Part shown: piece after piece, positions 22,740 through 31,991 of the stretch
How positions within the stretch are numbered: position 1 is the first letter of the stretch
How the letters are laid out: each line of letters begins with the position of its first letter
Assembly: GCA_002691465.1 (NCBI GenBank)
Contig: NZHP01000034.1
Span: forward strand, 8,096 to 72,095
Length of the DNA stretch: 64,000 bases
Reading direction: 5' to 3'
From: Gammaproteobacteria bacterium
GTDB taxonomy: Bacteria > Pseudomonadota > Gammaproteobacteria > Steroidobacterales > UBA11654
Notes under the pieces: generated by a model
What the model saw: the letters and a program-made list of their open reading frames with translations, nothing else
What the model was told of the DNA's origin: nothing
Databases searched by the model: none
Translations under genes and position numbers: made by a program

Positions 22740-23525
22740 TTAATATTCTTTGAGTCTATGTGTAATTATAATCCATAAACCCAAGATTAACATCGGCAAT
22801 GAGAGCAATTGACCAAGTGTTAACCAGTCGCTATAGAGATAGCCAATATGTGAATCAGGTATCCTGAAAAACTCTATGAATATTCTAAAAAGGCCGTAGT
22901 AAAACAAAAAAGCCGCGGCAACCATACCTCGCTCTCTTTTTTCTAGGGAATAAATCCACAAAATCAAAAATAAGATTAAACCTTCCAACGCTGCTTCATA
23001 AAGCTGTGTCGGATGCCTGACAATGCCGTCTACAAGAAATCCTAGAAAAAAATCTGTTGTTTTTCCCCACAACTCGTTATTTATAAAATTGCCTAATCTT
23101 CCCAAGCCTAATCCAATTGGTACGAGAGGTGCAACGAAATCAATAACCTCCAAAAAGTCTGATTTTGCATTAGATGAGAAAATCTTTACAGCCAAGACCA
23201 CGCCTATGAAGCCGCCGTGGAATGACATACCGCCTTTCCAAATTTGAGGTGCTCTTGCTAACCAACCCAGAGGATCCGAGAAAAGCGCACTCGTATCATA
23301 AAAAAACATATATCCCAATCTCCCACCAATGATGACTCCGATCGCGGAATAAAAAATTAAGTCCTCAATATGATGATGTTCTAAAGGCGACCATTCCTGT
23401 TTTGTCTTCTTGATAGCCAGCCAATAAGCAGCAACAAAACCCAATAGGTACATCAAGCCGTACCAAGCTACTTGGATCGGCCCCAAAGAAAATGCGATGG
23501 GGTCAATATCTGGATAAACGAACAT
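22740..23525 (-). CDS. lgt: Phosphatidylglycerol-prolipoprotein diacylglyceryl transferase
   Basis: Polytopic protein with GGRLGY, HGGFIG, GRLGNFINNELWG and HPTQLYE motifs. Confidence 0.93.
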   Translation of the reverse strand: MFVYPDIDPIAFSLGPIQVAWYGLMYLLGFVAAYWLAIKKTKQEWSPLEHHHIEDLIFYSAIGVIIGGRLGYMFFYDTSALFSDPLGWLARAPQIWKGGMSFHGGFIGVVLAVKIFSSNAKSDFLEVIDFVAPLVPIGLGLGRLGNFINNELWGKTTDFFLGFLVDGIVRHPTQLYEAALEGLILFLILWIYSLEKRERGMVAAAFLFYYGLFRIFIEFFRIPDSHIGYLYSDWLTLGQLLSLPMLILGLWIIITHRLKEY

Positions 23526-24370
23526 TACCAGGGAAGAACTCTCTGATCGACATTAATCGCTTTATTACCATTCTTTGTTAGTACTTCTTGTGAAATTGAA
23601 TCAATAATTTTAATGAGGCTTTTGGCACTCTCATCGGGCGTTATCTTATTGGGGCCTCTGTAACCTGATTCTTCAAGCATCTTGGTTTCAACCTGTCCAG
23701 GTGCAATCAAAGCTGAAATAATGCCTCGTTTTTTTAAACTCGCATTCATTGCAACTATGCCCATATTTAAAGCTGCCTTACTCATTCGATAAAAATAGAA
23801 ATAACTCTGATTGGCTGTGATTTGCATTGAGGCAAGCCCGCTTGTCATCGAAACAATCTTTTTTTGTTGGCTCATTGAAACATTTTCAATAAATGCCTCT
23901 GAAATTTTCAAGGGAGCAAGTGTATTGACGGCAAAGACTAGTTCAAAAGTTTGATCGTTTAATGCTCCAAAAACCTGGTCCTTAACCTCTCCCAATATAC
24001 CGGCATTATTCAATAAAACATCGATTGGTATTCCATTATATTTTTTTGCCAAAGCATTAATTTGCTCCTCTGAAGTCACGTCAAGTTCTTCAATATTGAC
24101 ATTGCTGAACTTCTCTCTAAGAGAAATCAGATCTGACGCTTTTTTCGGCTTCCTACACGTCGCGATAACATTCCAACCTTGTTCTGCATAATTCTGTGCC
24201 AGCGCCAAACCAATCCCTCTGTTTGAGCCCGTAATTAAAACTGTCGATTTTTCCTGATCAATATTCATACTCTGCCCTGCAAAGGCCTTTTCACTCATTG
24301 GAGTGAAAGAGAGGATTAAGATGAAAAACATCATCAAAGTTTTGGATTGATCTAATTTAAATATTTTCAT
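23525..24370 (-). CDS. Short-chain dehydrogenase/reductase (SDR) with an N-terminal signal-peptide-like extension
   Basis: TGSNRGIG cofactor loop, NNAG and YRMSK catalytic motif. The first 34 aa resemble a Sec signal (LMMFFILILSF..AFA-GQ), and an alternative start is M35 (ATG 24268). Its stop overlaps the lgt start. Confidence 0.85.
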   Translation of the reverse strand: MKIFKLDQSKTLMMFFILILSFTPMSEKAFAGQSMNIDQEKSTVLITGSNRGIGLALAQNYAEQGWNVIATCRKPKKASDLISLREKFSNVNIEELDVTSEEQINALAKKYNGIPIDVLLNNAGILGEVKDQVFGALNDQTFELVFAVNTLAPLKISEAFIENVSMSQQKKIVSMTSGLASMQITANQSYFYFYRMSKAALNMGIVAMNASLKKRGIISALIAPGQVETKMLEESGYRGPNKITPDESAKSLIKIIDSISQEVLTKNGNKAINVDQRVLPW

Positions 24371-24415
24371 ATATATGGCTCCTTCTTATTGTGAAACTCA
24401 ACATTTCATTCTAGA

Positions 24416-24424
24416 TGAACTTGA
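24416..24424 (+). promoter_or_regulatory. TGAACTTGA motif (possible ECF-type -35 element), copy 1
   Basis: Lies 74 nt upstream of ATG 24498. The identical 9-mer recurs at 26459-26467 upstream of the next gene downstream of the sigma/anti-sigma pair. TGAAC also occurs at 24431 and 24917. No convincing shared -10 element was found. Confidence 0.2.
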
Positions 24425-24497
24425 ATAACATGAACATCCGGTTTGTCTGGTGAGCATTTAAATAATAGAATTAGATTAGCATCTATTGGAGTAAAAC

Positions 24498-24896
24498 ATG
24501 GTCTTTATGAAATATATTGTCTCGGGCATATTGATGACTCTTCTGATGAATGATTTTGCAATGGCAAGCCATCATCATGGAAGCGAATCAAATAAGCCCA
24601 GTGGCGATGGTCATTGTGCATATATGGCTGATAACCCATTTGCCGGTGGTGACCCTTACAAGGCATGCAGAACCAATGTTTCTAAGAGTTTTTGTGAGGC
24701 ATTCTCCGAGGTTGGTGACGGAGTGGTCAGCATTATCAATCCTGAATATGGTGAAGGAGATTGCTCAAGGGAGTCATCGATAGGTTCTTGCGAAAGAGGT
24801 GGATGGGAAGAAGTCTATTATGATGATAGCAATCAGGGTCCAATGGGGGTTAGGTTTGGATGCAACTTTGCTGGTGACTGGATTAAACCCAAATAG
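24498..24896 (+). CDS. Small secreted Cys/His-rich protein, unknown function
   Basis: 132 aa with GGAG 7 nt upstream of the ATG and a signal peptide (ILMTLLMNDFAMA). The mature part starts SHHHGSE.. and has 6 Cys. I recognise no family. Confidence 0.5.
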   Translation: MVFMKYIVSGILMTLLMNDFAMASHHHGSESNKPSGDGHCAYMADNPFAGGDPYKACRTNVSKSFCEAFSEVGDGVVSIINPEYGEGDCSRESSIGSCERGGWEEVYYDDSNQGPMGVRFGCNFAGDWIKPK

Positions 24897-24975
24897 ATTC
24901 AAAAAAGAATCCAAAAATGAACGACTAACGAAACCATATAGAATCAAATCTAAATAAAAAAAATAGGGGTCTTTT

Positions 24976-25593
24976 TTGAATTCAAATCTAAAAAATCAGC
25001 CAAGTAAGGATGGTAGCGTTGCGAAAAAAGATATCGTGATCCTTGATTTGATTGCAAAAGATCATCCAGGGTCGTTCGAGATGCTGATAGAAAAATATGG
25101 CAACCTTGTTTGGTCAATAGGAAAGAAGTTTTTGGGAAATCAGTCTGATCTTGAAGACGCTGTTCAAGAAGTGCTGATTGCAATATGGAAATCTGCTGGT
25201 AAATTCGACCCAAGCAAAGCATCCGAAATTACTTTCGTTTCAATGATCGCAAGAAGACGCTTCATTGATTACCTGAGAAAGATTACAAAACATAAATCCG
25301 AGGATTCAATGGATGATGACAACAACAATATCCATCTCTATAAAGAATCCCTACTCAACCAAGAAACTGACCTCGCTCTTGTAAAATCAGCCATAGATGA
25401 GCTGGACGAGGACGATCAAGAGCTTCTGAACTTATCAGTCTATCAAGGGTACAGTCATTCTGAAATCTCAGACATACTGAATATCCCATTGGGAACAGTA
25501 AAAACAAGAATTAGACGAAATTTAATGAAACTAAAAGATACTTTTGCAACGAATAAGATTCAATCAAACGTAATTCAGCTTAATAATGGATAG
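24976..25593 (+). CDS. ECF (sigma-70 group 4) RNA polymerase sigma factor
   Basis: Region 2 (LEDAVQEVLIAIWKSAGKFD) and a region 4.2 HTH (YSHSEISDILNIPLGTVKTRIRRNLMKL). The start is uncertain (TTG 24976). Its stop overlaps the next ORF by 8 nt. Confidence 0.85.
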   Translation: MNSNLKNQPSKDGSVAKKDIVILDLIAKDHPGSFEMLIEKYGNLVWSIGKKFLGNQSDLEDAVQEVLIAIWKSAGKFDPSKASEITFVSMIARRRFIDYLRKITKHKSEDSMDDDNNNIHLYKESLLNQETDLALVKSAIDELDEDDQELLNLSVYQGYSHSEISDILNIPLGTVKTRIRRNLMKLKDTFATNKIQSNVIQLNNG

Positions 25594-26401
25594 AACACAG
25601 GAAAAACTCAATAATCTTCTAGATCTTCTGGCTATGAGGTCTTGTCAGCCACTATCCTATACAGAAGAACTTGAATTGAATCATCTGCTTGATGAATTTC
25701 CCGAATATACTCCTGACTATTTCGAGCCCATCGCTGCCCTAGCTGATTCAACAATGTTCGTTCATGATCCGAAAAATCTTTCGAGCATGCCAGAATCAAT
25801 ACAGAAAAAGATCATTAAAAATTTCAGATCGCAAAATGCAGAATCTAAAACTCTACAAATTTTCAAAAATATTTTCCAAACACCCAAACTAGCATGGGCC
25901 ATGACCTGCTTGCTCGCAATCGGGACATCGATGTCGATGATTGAATTTAGAAACTATGAAACAAATTATCGCAATCTACCGGTAAAGAAAGCCTTGTTAG
26001 AAATTACCTCCGAAGACCTAATCGAATATAACTGGTTCGCTCAAACGGATGAATTCTGTGATTGTTCAGGTAATGTTATGTGGAGCGATGATAGTCAAAG
26101 AGGATTTATTACACTTGCTGGGCTTCCAATGAATGATTCATCAAAGAATCAATATCAAATTTGGATCGTTGATCCCAACATGCATGCAAATCCAGTAGAC
26201 GGGGGTGTATTTGACATAGTAACTACTGAATCTCCAACAATTATTCCAATTAATCCAAAACTTCCGATTGGAAAAGCCAAAGGGTTCGCAATCACTCTTG
26301 AGCAAACTGGTGGTGTTGTTATCTCAGAGCAGCCACTGATACTCACAGCGCCTAAGGAAAGGCCAGAGAGTACCTACGGCATTAGCCAAACCACTATTTA
26401 A
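25586..26401 (+). CDS. Anti-sigma factor, RskA-like (single TM, periplasmic RskA-type C-domain)
   Basis: Translationally coupled to the ECF sigma gene. Central TM (LAWAMTCLLAIGTSMSMI). The C-terminus YQIWIVDPN..GGVFD..FAITLEQTGGV resembles the anti-sigma-K domain. Confidence 0.7.
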   Translation: MDRTQEKLNNLLDLLAMRSCQPLSYTEELELNHLLDEFPEYTPDYFEPIAALADSTMFVHDPKNLSSMPESIQKKIIKNFRSQNAESKTLQIFKNIFQTPKLAWAMTCLLAIGTSMSMIEFRNYETNYRNLPVKKALLEITSEDLIEYNWFAQTDEFCDCSGNVMWSDDSQRGFITLAGLPMNDSSKNQYQIWIVDPNMHANPVDGGVFDIVTTESPTIIPINPKLPIGKAKGFAITLEQTGGVVISEQPLILTAPKERPESTYGISQTTI

Positions 26402-26458
26402 TACCCTACAAGAATACTGCATAATTCAGCCTCGAAGATTTTGGGAATCAAAGGATTT

Positions 26459-26467
26459 TGAACTTGA
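26459..26467 (+). promoter_or_regulatory. TGAACTTGA motif (possible ECF-type -35 element), copy 2
   Basis: Identical 9-mer to 24416-24424, in the 170-bp gap between the anti-sigma gene and the alpha/beta hydrolase gene. Chance recurrence in AT-rich DNA is not negligible. Confidence 0.2.
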
Positions 26468-26571
26468 GGTGAGTGGGCAGATACTTTGAAAATTGCTTTA
26501 GGGGATCACAACTCATACACTACCCACTCATTATAAAATTTCGTTTAACTTTTTAAATTGGATTTACAAGT

Positions 26572-27531
26572 TTGCAAAGATTAATTAAAAGGATGTTTCA
26601 AACAATCGTGCTTGTGATTTGCGCCTTTTATGCTTTTTTGATTGTTTACGCCTACATTCCAGGTGAAGTAATTCCTTTGGATGAACTCAAAAGTCAGGAT
26701 GATAAGTTTTTTAGTCATTCTGAGCACCGAGTGAGGTATCAATTGCTCTCTGAGTTTAGCTTAGAAAAACCCAATCTGATTCTTATTCACGGGTTTGGAA
26801 ACAGTCTTGGTACATGGGATAGTCTTGCCTCGAGATTGAATAACACGTATAACGTTTTCGCGATTGATATGATTGGATTTGGATTGTCTGAGAAGCCAAT
26901 TGATTATAAATATACAAACCTTAATCAAGCATCGATCATTGAATCCTTTGCAGAAACAATGAATATGGAATCATTCATCATAGGAGGTCATTCACTTGGT
27001 GGTGCGGTTGCGATGCATGTGGCAATGAACAATGAAAAAACACAAGGTCTGATATTATTCAACCCAGGAATCATAAATACAGGGGTTCCAGAATTTTCTA
27101 AGTATTTAAATCTGATCTTTCCTATGTCGAGAGTTTCAGCTAAACAATTTGCGAATAGGGATTTCAGAGAAGGCTTTCTCAAGCAGTCATATCATAATCC
27201 AACAATTGTGACTGAAAAAGTCATGGATAGAGTCATCCTAGGCAGTCAGACAAAAGACTATATGCCAGGAATGAGCAGCATGCTCAGTAAGACCTATGAT
27301 GCCAATGAGGCAGAGCTTATGAATAGTGTCAAGTTACCAACACTCATTGTTTTTGGCATTGAAGATCGAAATAAGAGCATGAAAGAAGCTGAACAACTGA
27401 GAGATGGTTTTACAAATAGTCGACTAGAAATCATCCAAAATGCTGGGCACTATGTTCATGAAGAATCGCCAGTTTCAGTTTCACAAATTATCATTAAATC
27501 ATTAAAATTTCTTACCACAAAAGATGAATAA
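26572..27531 (+). CDS. Alpha/beta-fold hydrolase, membrane-anchored
   Basis: N-terminal TM, HGFG oxyanion region and GHSLGG nucleophile elbow, with a C-terminal AGHYVHEE His. The start is TTG 26572 or ATG 26593. Confidence 0.8.
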   Translation: MQRLIKRMFQTIVLVICAFYAFLIVYAYIPGEVIPLDELKSQDDKFFSHSEHRVRYQLLSEFSLEKPNLILIHGFGNSLGTWDSLASRLNNTYNVFAIDMIGFGLSEKPIDYKYTNLNQASIIESFAETMNMESFIIGGHSLGGAVAMHVAMNNEKTQGLILFNPGIINTGVPEFSKYLNLIFPMSRVSAKQFANRDFREGFLKQSYHNPTIVTEKVMDRVILGSQTKDYMPGMSSMLSKTYDANEAELMNSVKLPTLIVFGIEDRNKSMKEAEQLRDGFTNSRLEIIQNAGHYVHEESPVSVSQIIIKSLKFLTTKDE

Positions 27532-27973
27532 AATAGTAAAAGCTGAAGATAGACATCTCGATGAATTGAGCAGATTATTTAATCTCTACCGAGTTTTCTA
27601 TGAAGAAGAGGACGACATAGAAAAAGCTTCAAAATATATTTCTGCTAGATTCATAGATGGCGATTCTACGATCTTTGTGGCTGAAAAGGATGATCTGAAG
27701 CTTGCTGGATTTGTTCAGCTCTACCCTTCTTTTTGTTCAGTAAGCGCTGTTCCTATTCTCATTCTTTATGATTTATTTGTTGATCAGTCCGAGCGAAGCG
27801 AAGGCATTGGTCGAAAATTAATGAATGCTGCAAGAGATTTTGCAAAAGAAAATGGTTTTAAAAGGCTAGAGTTAGCTACAGCCAAGGATAACCACATTGG
27901 TCAATCGCTTTATGAATCTTTGGGCTACGAATTAGATCAAGAATTTCTTCATTACAGTCTCGAAGTAGACTAA
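27524..27973 (+). CDS. GNAT-family N-acetyltransferase
   Basis: 149 aa with the acetyl-CoA loop RSEGIGRKLM. Overlaps the upstream hydrolase gene by 8 nt. Confidence 0.8.
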   Translation: MNKIVKAEDRHLDELSRLFNLYRVFYEEEDDIEKASKYISARFIDGDSTIFVAEKDDLKLAGFVQLYPSFCSVSAVPILILYDLFVDQSERSEGIGRKLMNAARDFAKENGFKRLELATAKDNHIGQSLYESLGYELDQEFLHYSLEVD

Positions 27974-28929
27974 GACTTCACTAAACCATACTCGGCAATT
28001 CCAGCTAGGCTTCTTTTGGGTGCTTTATAGCCTGTCTCAATTGATCCCAAGATTGCACCGTCACTGATCCTAATCTTCATTGCGACTCCAGTGAATATGT
28101 TTGCAGTAAAAAAGTGCTCTTGATCATGTGAGGGGGTTACTTGTGCAATTCCCCACCCATGATCTTTTAGATCAATTGTTTGAATGATTTCGCCATCTTC
28201 ATCAAGGATCTCTATGCGATCCCCTCTTGAATGGAGCAATCTGCCATCATTGAGATAATTGACAGCTATTGCAACATTTTGATCGGTCAGATCTCCAGGC
28301 AATACCAGTAAATCTTCCATCTGCTTCGATTGCTGAATGTCATAACGCATGATTTTCTTACCAATTTCAGTGGTGTAAGTTATAAATCTCTCGCTGGGAT
28401 GCATGGTGGAATGTGTGATGCCTTTGAAATGGTGAAATTCAGGAGAATAAGCTACCTCATAAATCTCCAGGAAATTAAATTCTGAGTCGAACTTGTAAAT
28501 ATTAGCGTCGCCAAGCAAGTCACTTCCCGGCAATCTTTTCATAAAACTTCCCGGATAGGGAGTATTTCCAACCAATGCTTCCCCTAAATAGATATTCCCA
28601 CTCTTATCAAAAGTAACATTTGAAAAAGCACGATTGGCAAAATGGTGGTTTGGCAATTGTTTGCCATCTGGTGAAACTCTCACCACTATGTGATTGTGCA
28701 TATCAAAAGCCCAAAGGATACCTTCAGGATCCATTTTCAGTCCGATGACAAGATGCTCTGTTCCTTCGGTCCATAAGACGCCCTTCAGTTTGAGGTCTTT
28801 GTCATATTGCAAGATTCTTCCATTGCCTTTGTGGTCATCAATGTCATCAATTAGTTCTGTGCATCCAAGAAAGATATCTCCTTTCTCGAATGGCTTCATC
28901 GTATTTTCTTTTTTGTTTTTGATGTCCAT
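27970..28929 (-). CDS. Hypothetical cytoplasmic protein, probably a beta-propeller fold
   Basis: Repetitive beta-strand-rich sequence with no signal peptide and no family recognised by eye. The start is ambiguous: 28977, 28929 (MDIKNKK) or 28899 (MKPFEKGD). Confidence 0.4.
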   Translation of the reverse strand: MDIKNKKENTMKPFEKGDIFLGCTELIDDIDDHKGNGRILQYDKDLKLKGVLWTEGTEHLVIGLKMDPEGILWAFDMHNHIVVRVSPDGKQLPNHHFANRAFSNVTFDKSGNIYLGEALVGNTPYPGSFMKRLPGSDLLGDANIYKFDSEFNFLEIYEVAYSPEFHHFKGITHSTMHPSERFITYTTEIGKKIMRYDIQQSKQMEDLLVLPGDLTDQNVAIAVNYLNDGRLLHSRGDRIEILDEDGEIIQTIDLKDHGWGIAQVTPSHDQEHFFTANIFTGVAMKIRISDGAILGSIETGYKAPKRSLAGIAEYGLVKS

Positions 28930-28989
28930 AACTGTTGTTCTATGATAGTAAAGAGTTAAATTATATTTTAATAGCATATTGAGAAATCA

Positions 28990-29964
28990 ATGTATCAATT
29001 TGTAAAATTTCTAATAAAAATAGCCATCGTCCTTATCTTAGGCATTGTTCTGCTTTTTTATTCCATGATTAAACTGGACATCAGATACCCAAGCGACATA
29101 AGCAAAGAATCCATTGAGGCAAAATACCTTCTTGAATCTTCAGATTTTATTGAAATCGATGGAGTCAATATTCATTATGCCATCGATGGCAAAGGCCCTG
29201 ATCTATTACTCTTGCATGCAAATTATGCGAATCTCATTGACTGGAATCCATGGGTGAATCAACTAAAGAATCACTTTCGGGTAATAAGAATTGATATCCC
29301 CGGCCATGGACTTACCGAAGCGGATCCAAGCAATGACTATTCCATGCAAAGAACTGTATTCTTATTAGAAAGATTTTTAAATGAGCTGGAAGTAGACAGA
29401 CTGAGTATTGCCGGAGCCTCACTCGGTGGAACCACAAGTCTTCATTATGCAAACCAAAATCCCGAAAAGATTGATCATCTTATTTTGGTGAGTCCAGGCG
29501 CTCTGAATCCAAGGGTCAGAGGAAGAAGCGAACCAGTGACTTTGCCAAAACCTTTTGAGATTATTGCCCATATTACTCCCAAGATAATAACCGAGACATT
29601 GCTGAAGGGCGGTTTCGGAGAACCAAATAATGTCACCGATGAGTTGATCATGCGTTGGCATGATTTATTACTGAGAGAGGGGCAAAGAGACGCACAGATT
29701 GCAAGAGTAAACCAATATGTCTCTGGGAATATCGATGAGGTTCTCAGTGAAATAAGATCTCCAACATTAATCATGTGGGGAAAGAAAAATAATGTTGTTC
29801 CAGTAAATTTGGCATATGAGATGAAAGATATGATGAAAAATTCATCAAGGATTGAAATGATCATTTATGAATCTGGAGGTCATCAACTCGTTCAAGAGCT
29901 TGGATTACAAACGGGTGAGGATGCTTTAAAATACCTTATGAAATTCTATGGAGAAAATGAATGA
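28990..29964 (+). CDS. Alpha/beta-fold hydrolase, membrane-anchored
   Basis: N-terminal TM (IAIVLILGIVLLF) and GASLGG nucleophile elbow, with a C-terminal GGHQL His. Its stop overlaps the next gene (ATGA). Confidence 0.8.
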   Translation: MYQFVKFLIKIAIVLILGIVLLFYSMIKLDIRYPSDISKESIEAKYLLESSDFIEIDGVNIHYAIDGKGPDLLLLHANYANLIDWNPWVNQLKNHFRVIRIDIPGHGLTEADPSNDYSMQRTVFLLERFLNELEVDRLSIAGASLGGTTSLHYANQNPEKIDHLILVSPGALNPRVRGRSEPVTLPKPFEIIAHITPKIITETLLKGGFGEPNNVTDELIMRWHDLLLREGQRDAQIARVNQYVSGNIDEVLSEIRSPTLIMWGKKNNVVPVNLAYEMKDMMKNSSRIEMIIYESGGHQLVQELGLQTGEDALKYLMKFYGENE

Positions 29965-31325
29965 ATAATCTCATATTAAGGTGTTTATTTTTCATGCTCG
30001 TTGCGACGGATGTATTCGCCAATGATTCTGATTTTTATGCCTCTGCAAGAGCAATACTTGGAGATATGGTTGAAATTGAATCCACTGAAGAGAAAGGTTT
30101 AGCTACGAGTGTGAGCCAATATGCAGAATCCGTTTTATTGAACAATGGTTTTGTAGAGGACGATCTGGAAGTTGTTGGTCCGGCAAAAGATTCTAAAGGT
30201 TTGTATGCCATCTATCGTGGTCGGTCGTCTAAAGATCCTGTGATTGTGATGGCACACGTTGATGTTGTTCCAGCAGTAAAAAATTCGTGGATCACTGATC
30301 CATTCAAGATGACAGAAATTGATGGCTTTCTTCACGGTCGAGGTACCTCTGACAATAAAGCTGGAGCAGCTGGATTGGTTGCAACATTTGCCAAACTTAG
30401 AGCCGAAGGCTTTGTCCCTCAGAACGACATCATTATGCTCCTAACAGGAGATGAAGAAACTGGCATGCAGAGCATTCGATACTTTAAAGACAATTATAAA
30501 AATGTTCAAGGTGCTGCATTTGCATTGAACTCGGACGGGGGTTATCTGACTGGCACTATGGATAGTCCAGAAGCATTCAGGTTGCAATCTGCTGAAAAAG
30601 TCTATTTCACACTTACGCTTACTGCAAATAATAGAGGGGGACATAGCTCTATCCCAAGAAGAGACAATGCAATATATGATCTTGCCGATGCAATCAAAAA
30701 GATTCAGGAGTTTGATTTTCCTATCTCCTTGAATCAGACAACACGTGCAACTTTAGAATTTTCTATGAAAGATGCTAACGAGTCTGAAAAATCACAAATG
30801 AATTTGATTCTCAATGAAGTGCAACAAGAATACGAAGTTCTTAAAAAGGACCCTGAGATGAACGCACTCACTAGAACCACTTGTGTCGCTACAAAATTAA
30901 AAGGGGGGCATGCTGAAAATGCTTTGCCTGTCTCTGCAACTGCAACCGTGAATTGTAGACTTGTTCCTCAAGATGACCCCAATCAGGTGCTCTCCAAGAT
31001 AAGAAATCTGGTCGGTGATGACATTGCTGTAACTCCAAATACGGATGTGAGAAAAAGCCCAGCCTCTCCCATCACCGATGAAATACTGGAATTGATTTCC
31101 TCATCAATGCATCCAATCTTCCCGGATTTAGCGATCGTTCCTACAATGTCTACAGGAGCTACAGATGCAATTGAGTTAAGGAGTAACGGGGTTCCCGTTT
31201 ATGGCACAAGTGCAATGATGACTGATCCAACCGGATACAGAGGACATGGATTGAATGAAAGAATCGAAATCTCTGCATTCAACGCAACTCTTGATTTCTG
31301 GTATACACTTATGAAACAGTTGTAA
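29961..31325 (+). CDS. M20/M25/M40-family metallopeptidase (carboxypeptidase/deacylase-like), secreted
   Basis: Signal peptide, and motifs AHVDVVP, GRGTSDNKAG and TGDEETG for the metal and catalytic residues. Confidence 0.85.
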   Translation: MNNLILRCLFFMLVATDVFANDSDFYASARAILGDMVEIESTEEKGLATSVSQYAESVLLNNGFVEDDLEVVGPAKDSKGLYAIYRGRSSKDPVIVMAHVDVVPAVKNSWITDPFKMTEIDGFLHGRGTSDNKAGAAGLVATFAKLRAEGFVPQNDIIMLLTGDEETGMQSIRYFKDNYKNVQGAAFALNSDGGYLTGTMDSPEAFRLQSAEKVYFTLTLTANNRGGHSSIPRRDNAIYDLADAIKKIQEFDFPISLNQTTRATLEFSMKDANESEKSQMNLILNEVQQEYEVLKKDPEMNALTRTTCVATKLKGGHAENALPVSATATVNCRLVPQDDPNQVLSKIRNLVGDDIAVTPNTDVRKSPASPITDEILELISSSMHPIFPDLAIVPTMSTGATDAIELRSNGVPVYGTSAMMTDPTGYRGHGLNERIEISAFNATLDFWYTLMKQL

Positions 31326-31328
31326 AAC

Positions 31329-31991
31329 ATGGAATCGATAAAAATATACAGTTCAGCAAGATGTCCGTATGCGCAACGGACTCGAATGCTGATGATCGAA
31401 AAAGAAATACCTTTCGAATTAACCGAAGTAGACTTAAGAAACAAACCCGATTGGTTTCTTGCTGTATCGCCCTATGGCAAAGTGCCCGTAATCGTAGATG
31501 ATGGTCAGACAATTTACGAATCAGCAATCATTAATGAATACCTCGATGAGAAATACACAAGCATTCCCATGATGCCTGAGGAACCAGTTGAGAGAGCCAA
31601 AGCCAGGATTTGGATGGACTATTGCACAAATAAATACCTTACTCTTTCAAGAAAACTGCTTGTAGATCATGGCAATGAAGAGCTGCAAAGAGAAAACAAA
31701 AAAAAGATGAAAGAATCTTTGATCTACATTGAAAAAGAATGCTTTGAAAAAAATGCTAATGGGCCTTTCTGGTTGGGCAATAACATATCATTGGTTGACC
31801 TTCACTATGCGCCATTCTTCGAAAGATTCGGTGCGTTCAAAGAACTCTTTGGTGTCGAATGGCCAGAAGAATGCATCAAAATATCAGACTGGTGGAGCGC
31901 CATACAAAAGAGAGATAGTTACAAAATGACCGTATTGCCGACCGAAGAGCATGTCGATCTTTACCGATCAATTATGCAAAACATGTCTTAA
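31329..31991 (+). CDS. Glutathione S-transferase, Cys-type (omega-like CPYA active site)
   Basis: The thioredoxin-fold N-domain has the SARCPYAQRTRM motif, and ESAIINEYLDEKY is present. Lies 3 nt after the M20 gene. Confidence 0.8.
   Translation: MESIKIYSSARCPYAQRTRMLMIEKEIPFELTEVDLRNKPDWFLAVSPYGKVPVIVDDGQTIYESAIINEYLDEKYTSIPMMPEEPVERAKARIWMDYCTNKYLTLSRKLLVDHGNEELQRENKKKMKESLIYIEKECFEKNANGPFWLGNNISLVDLHYAPFFERFGAFKELFGVEWPEECIKISDWWSAIQKRDSYKMTVLPTEEHVDLYRSIMQNMS

Noticed and set aside
24896-24911. GATTC-aaaaaa-GAATC hairpin just after the small secreted protein gene
   Set aside because: A 5-bp AT-rich stem without a following T run is too weak to call a terminator or attenuator.
26471-26529. 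Inverted repeat GAGTGGG ... CCCACTC downstream of the anti-sigma gene
   Set aside because: A 7-bp stem with a 45-nt loop and no T-tract is not a credible terminator. It may matter only if the region is a structured leader, for which there is no further support.
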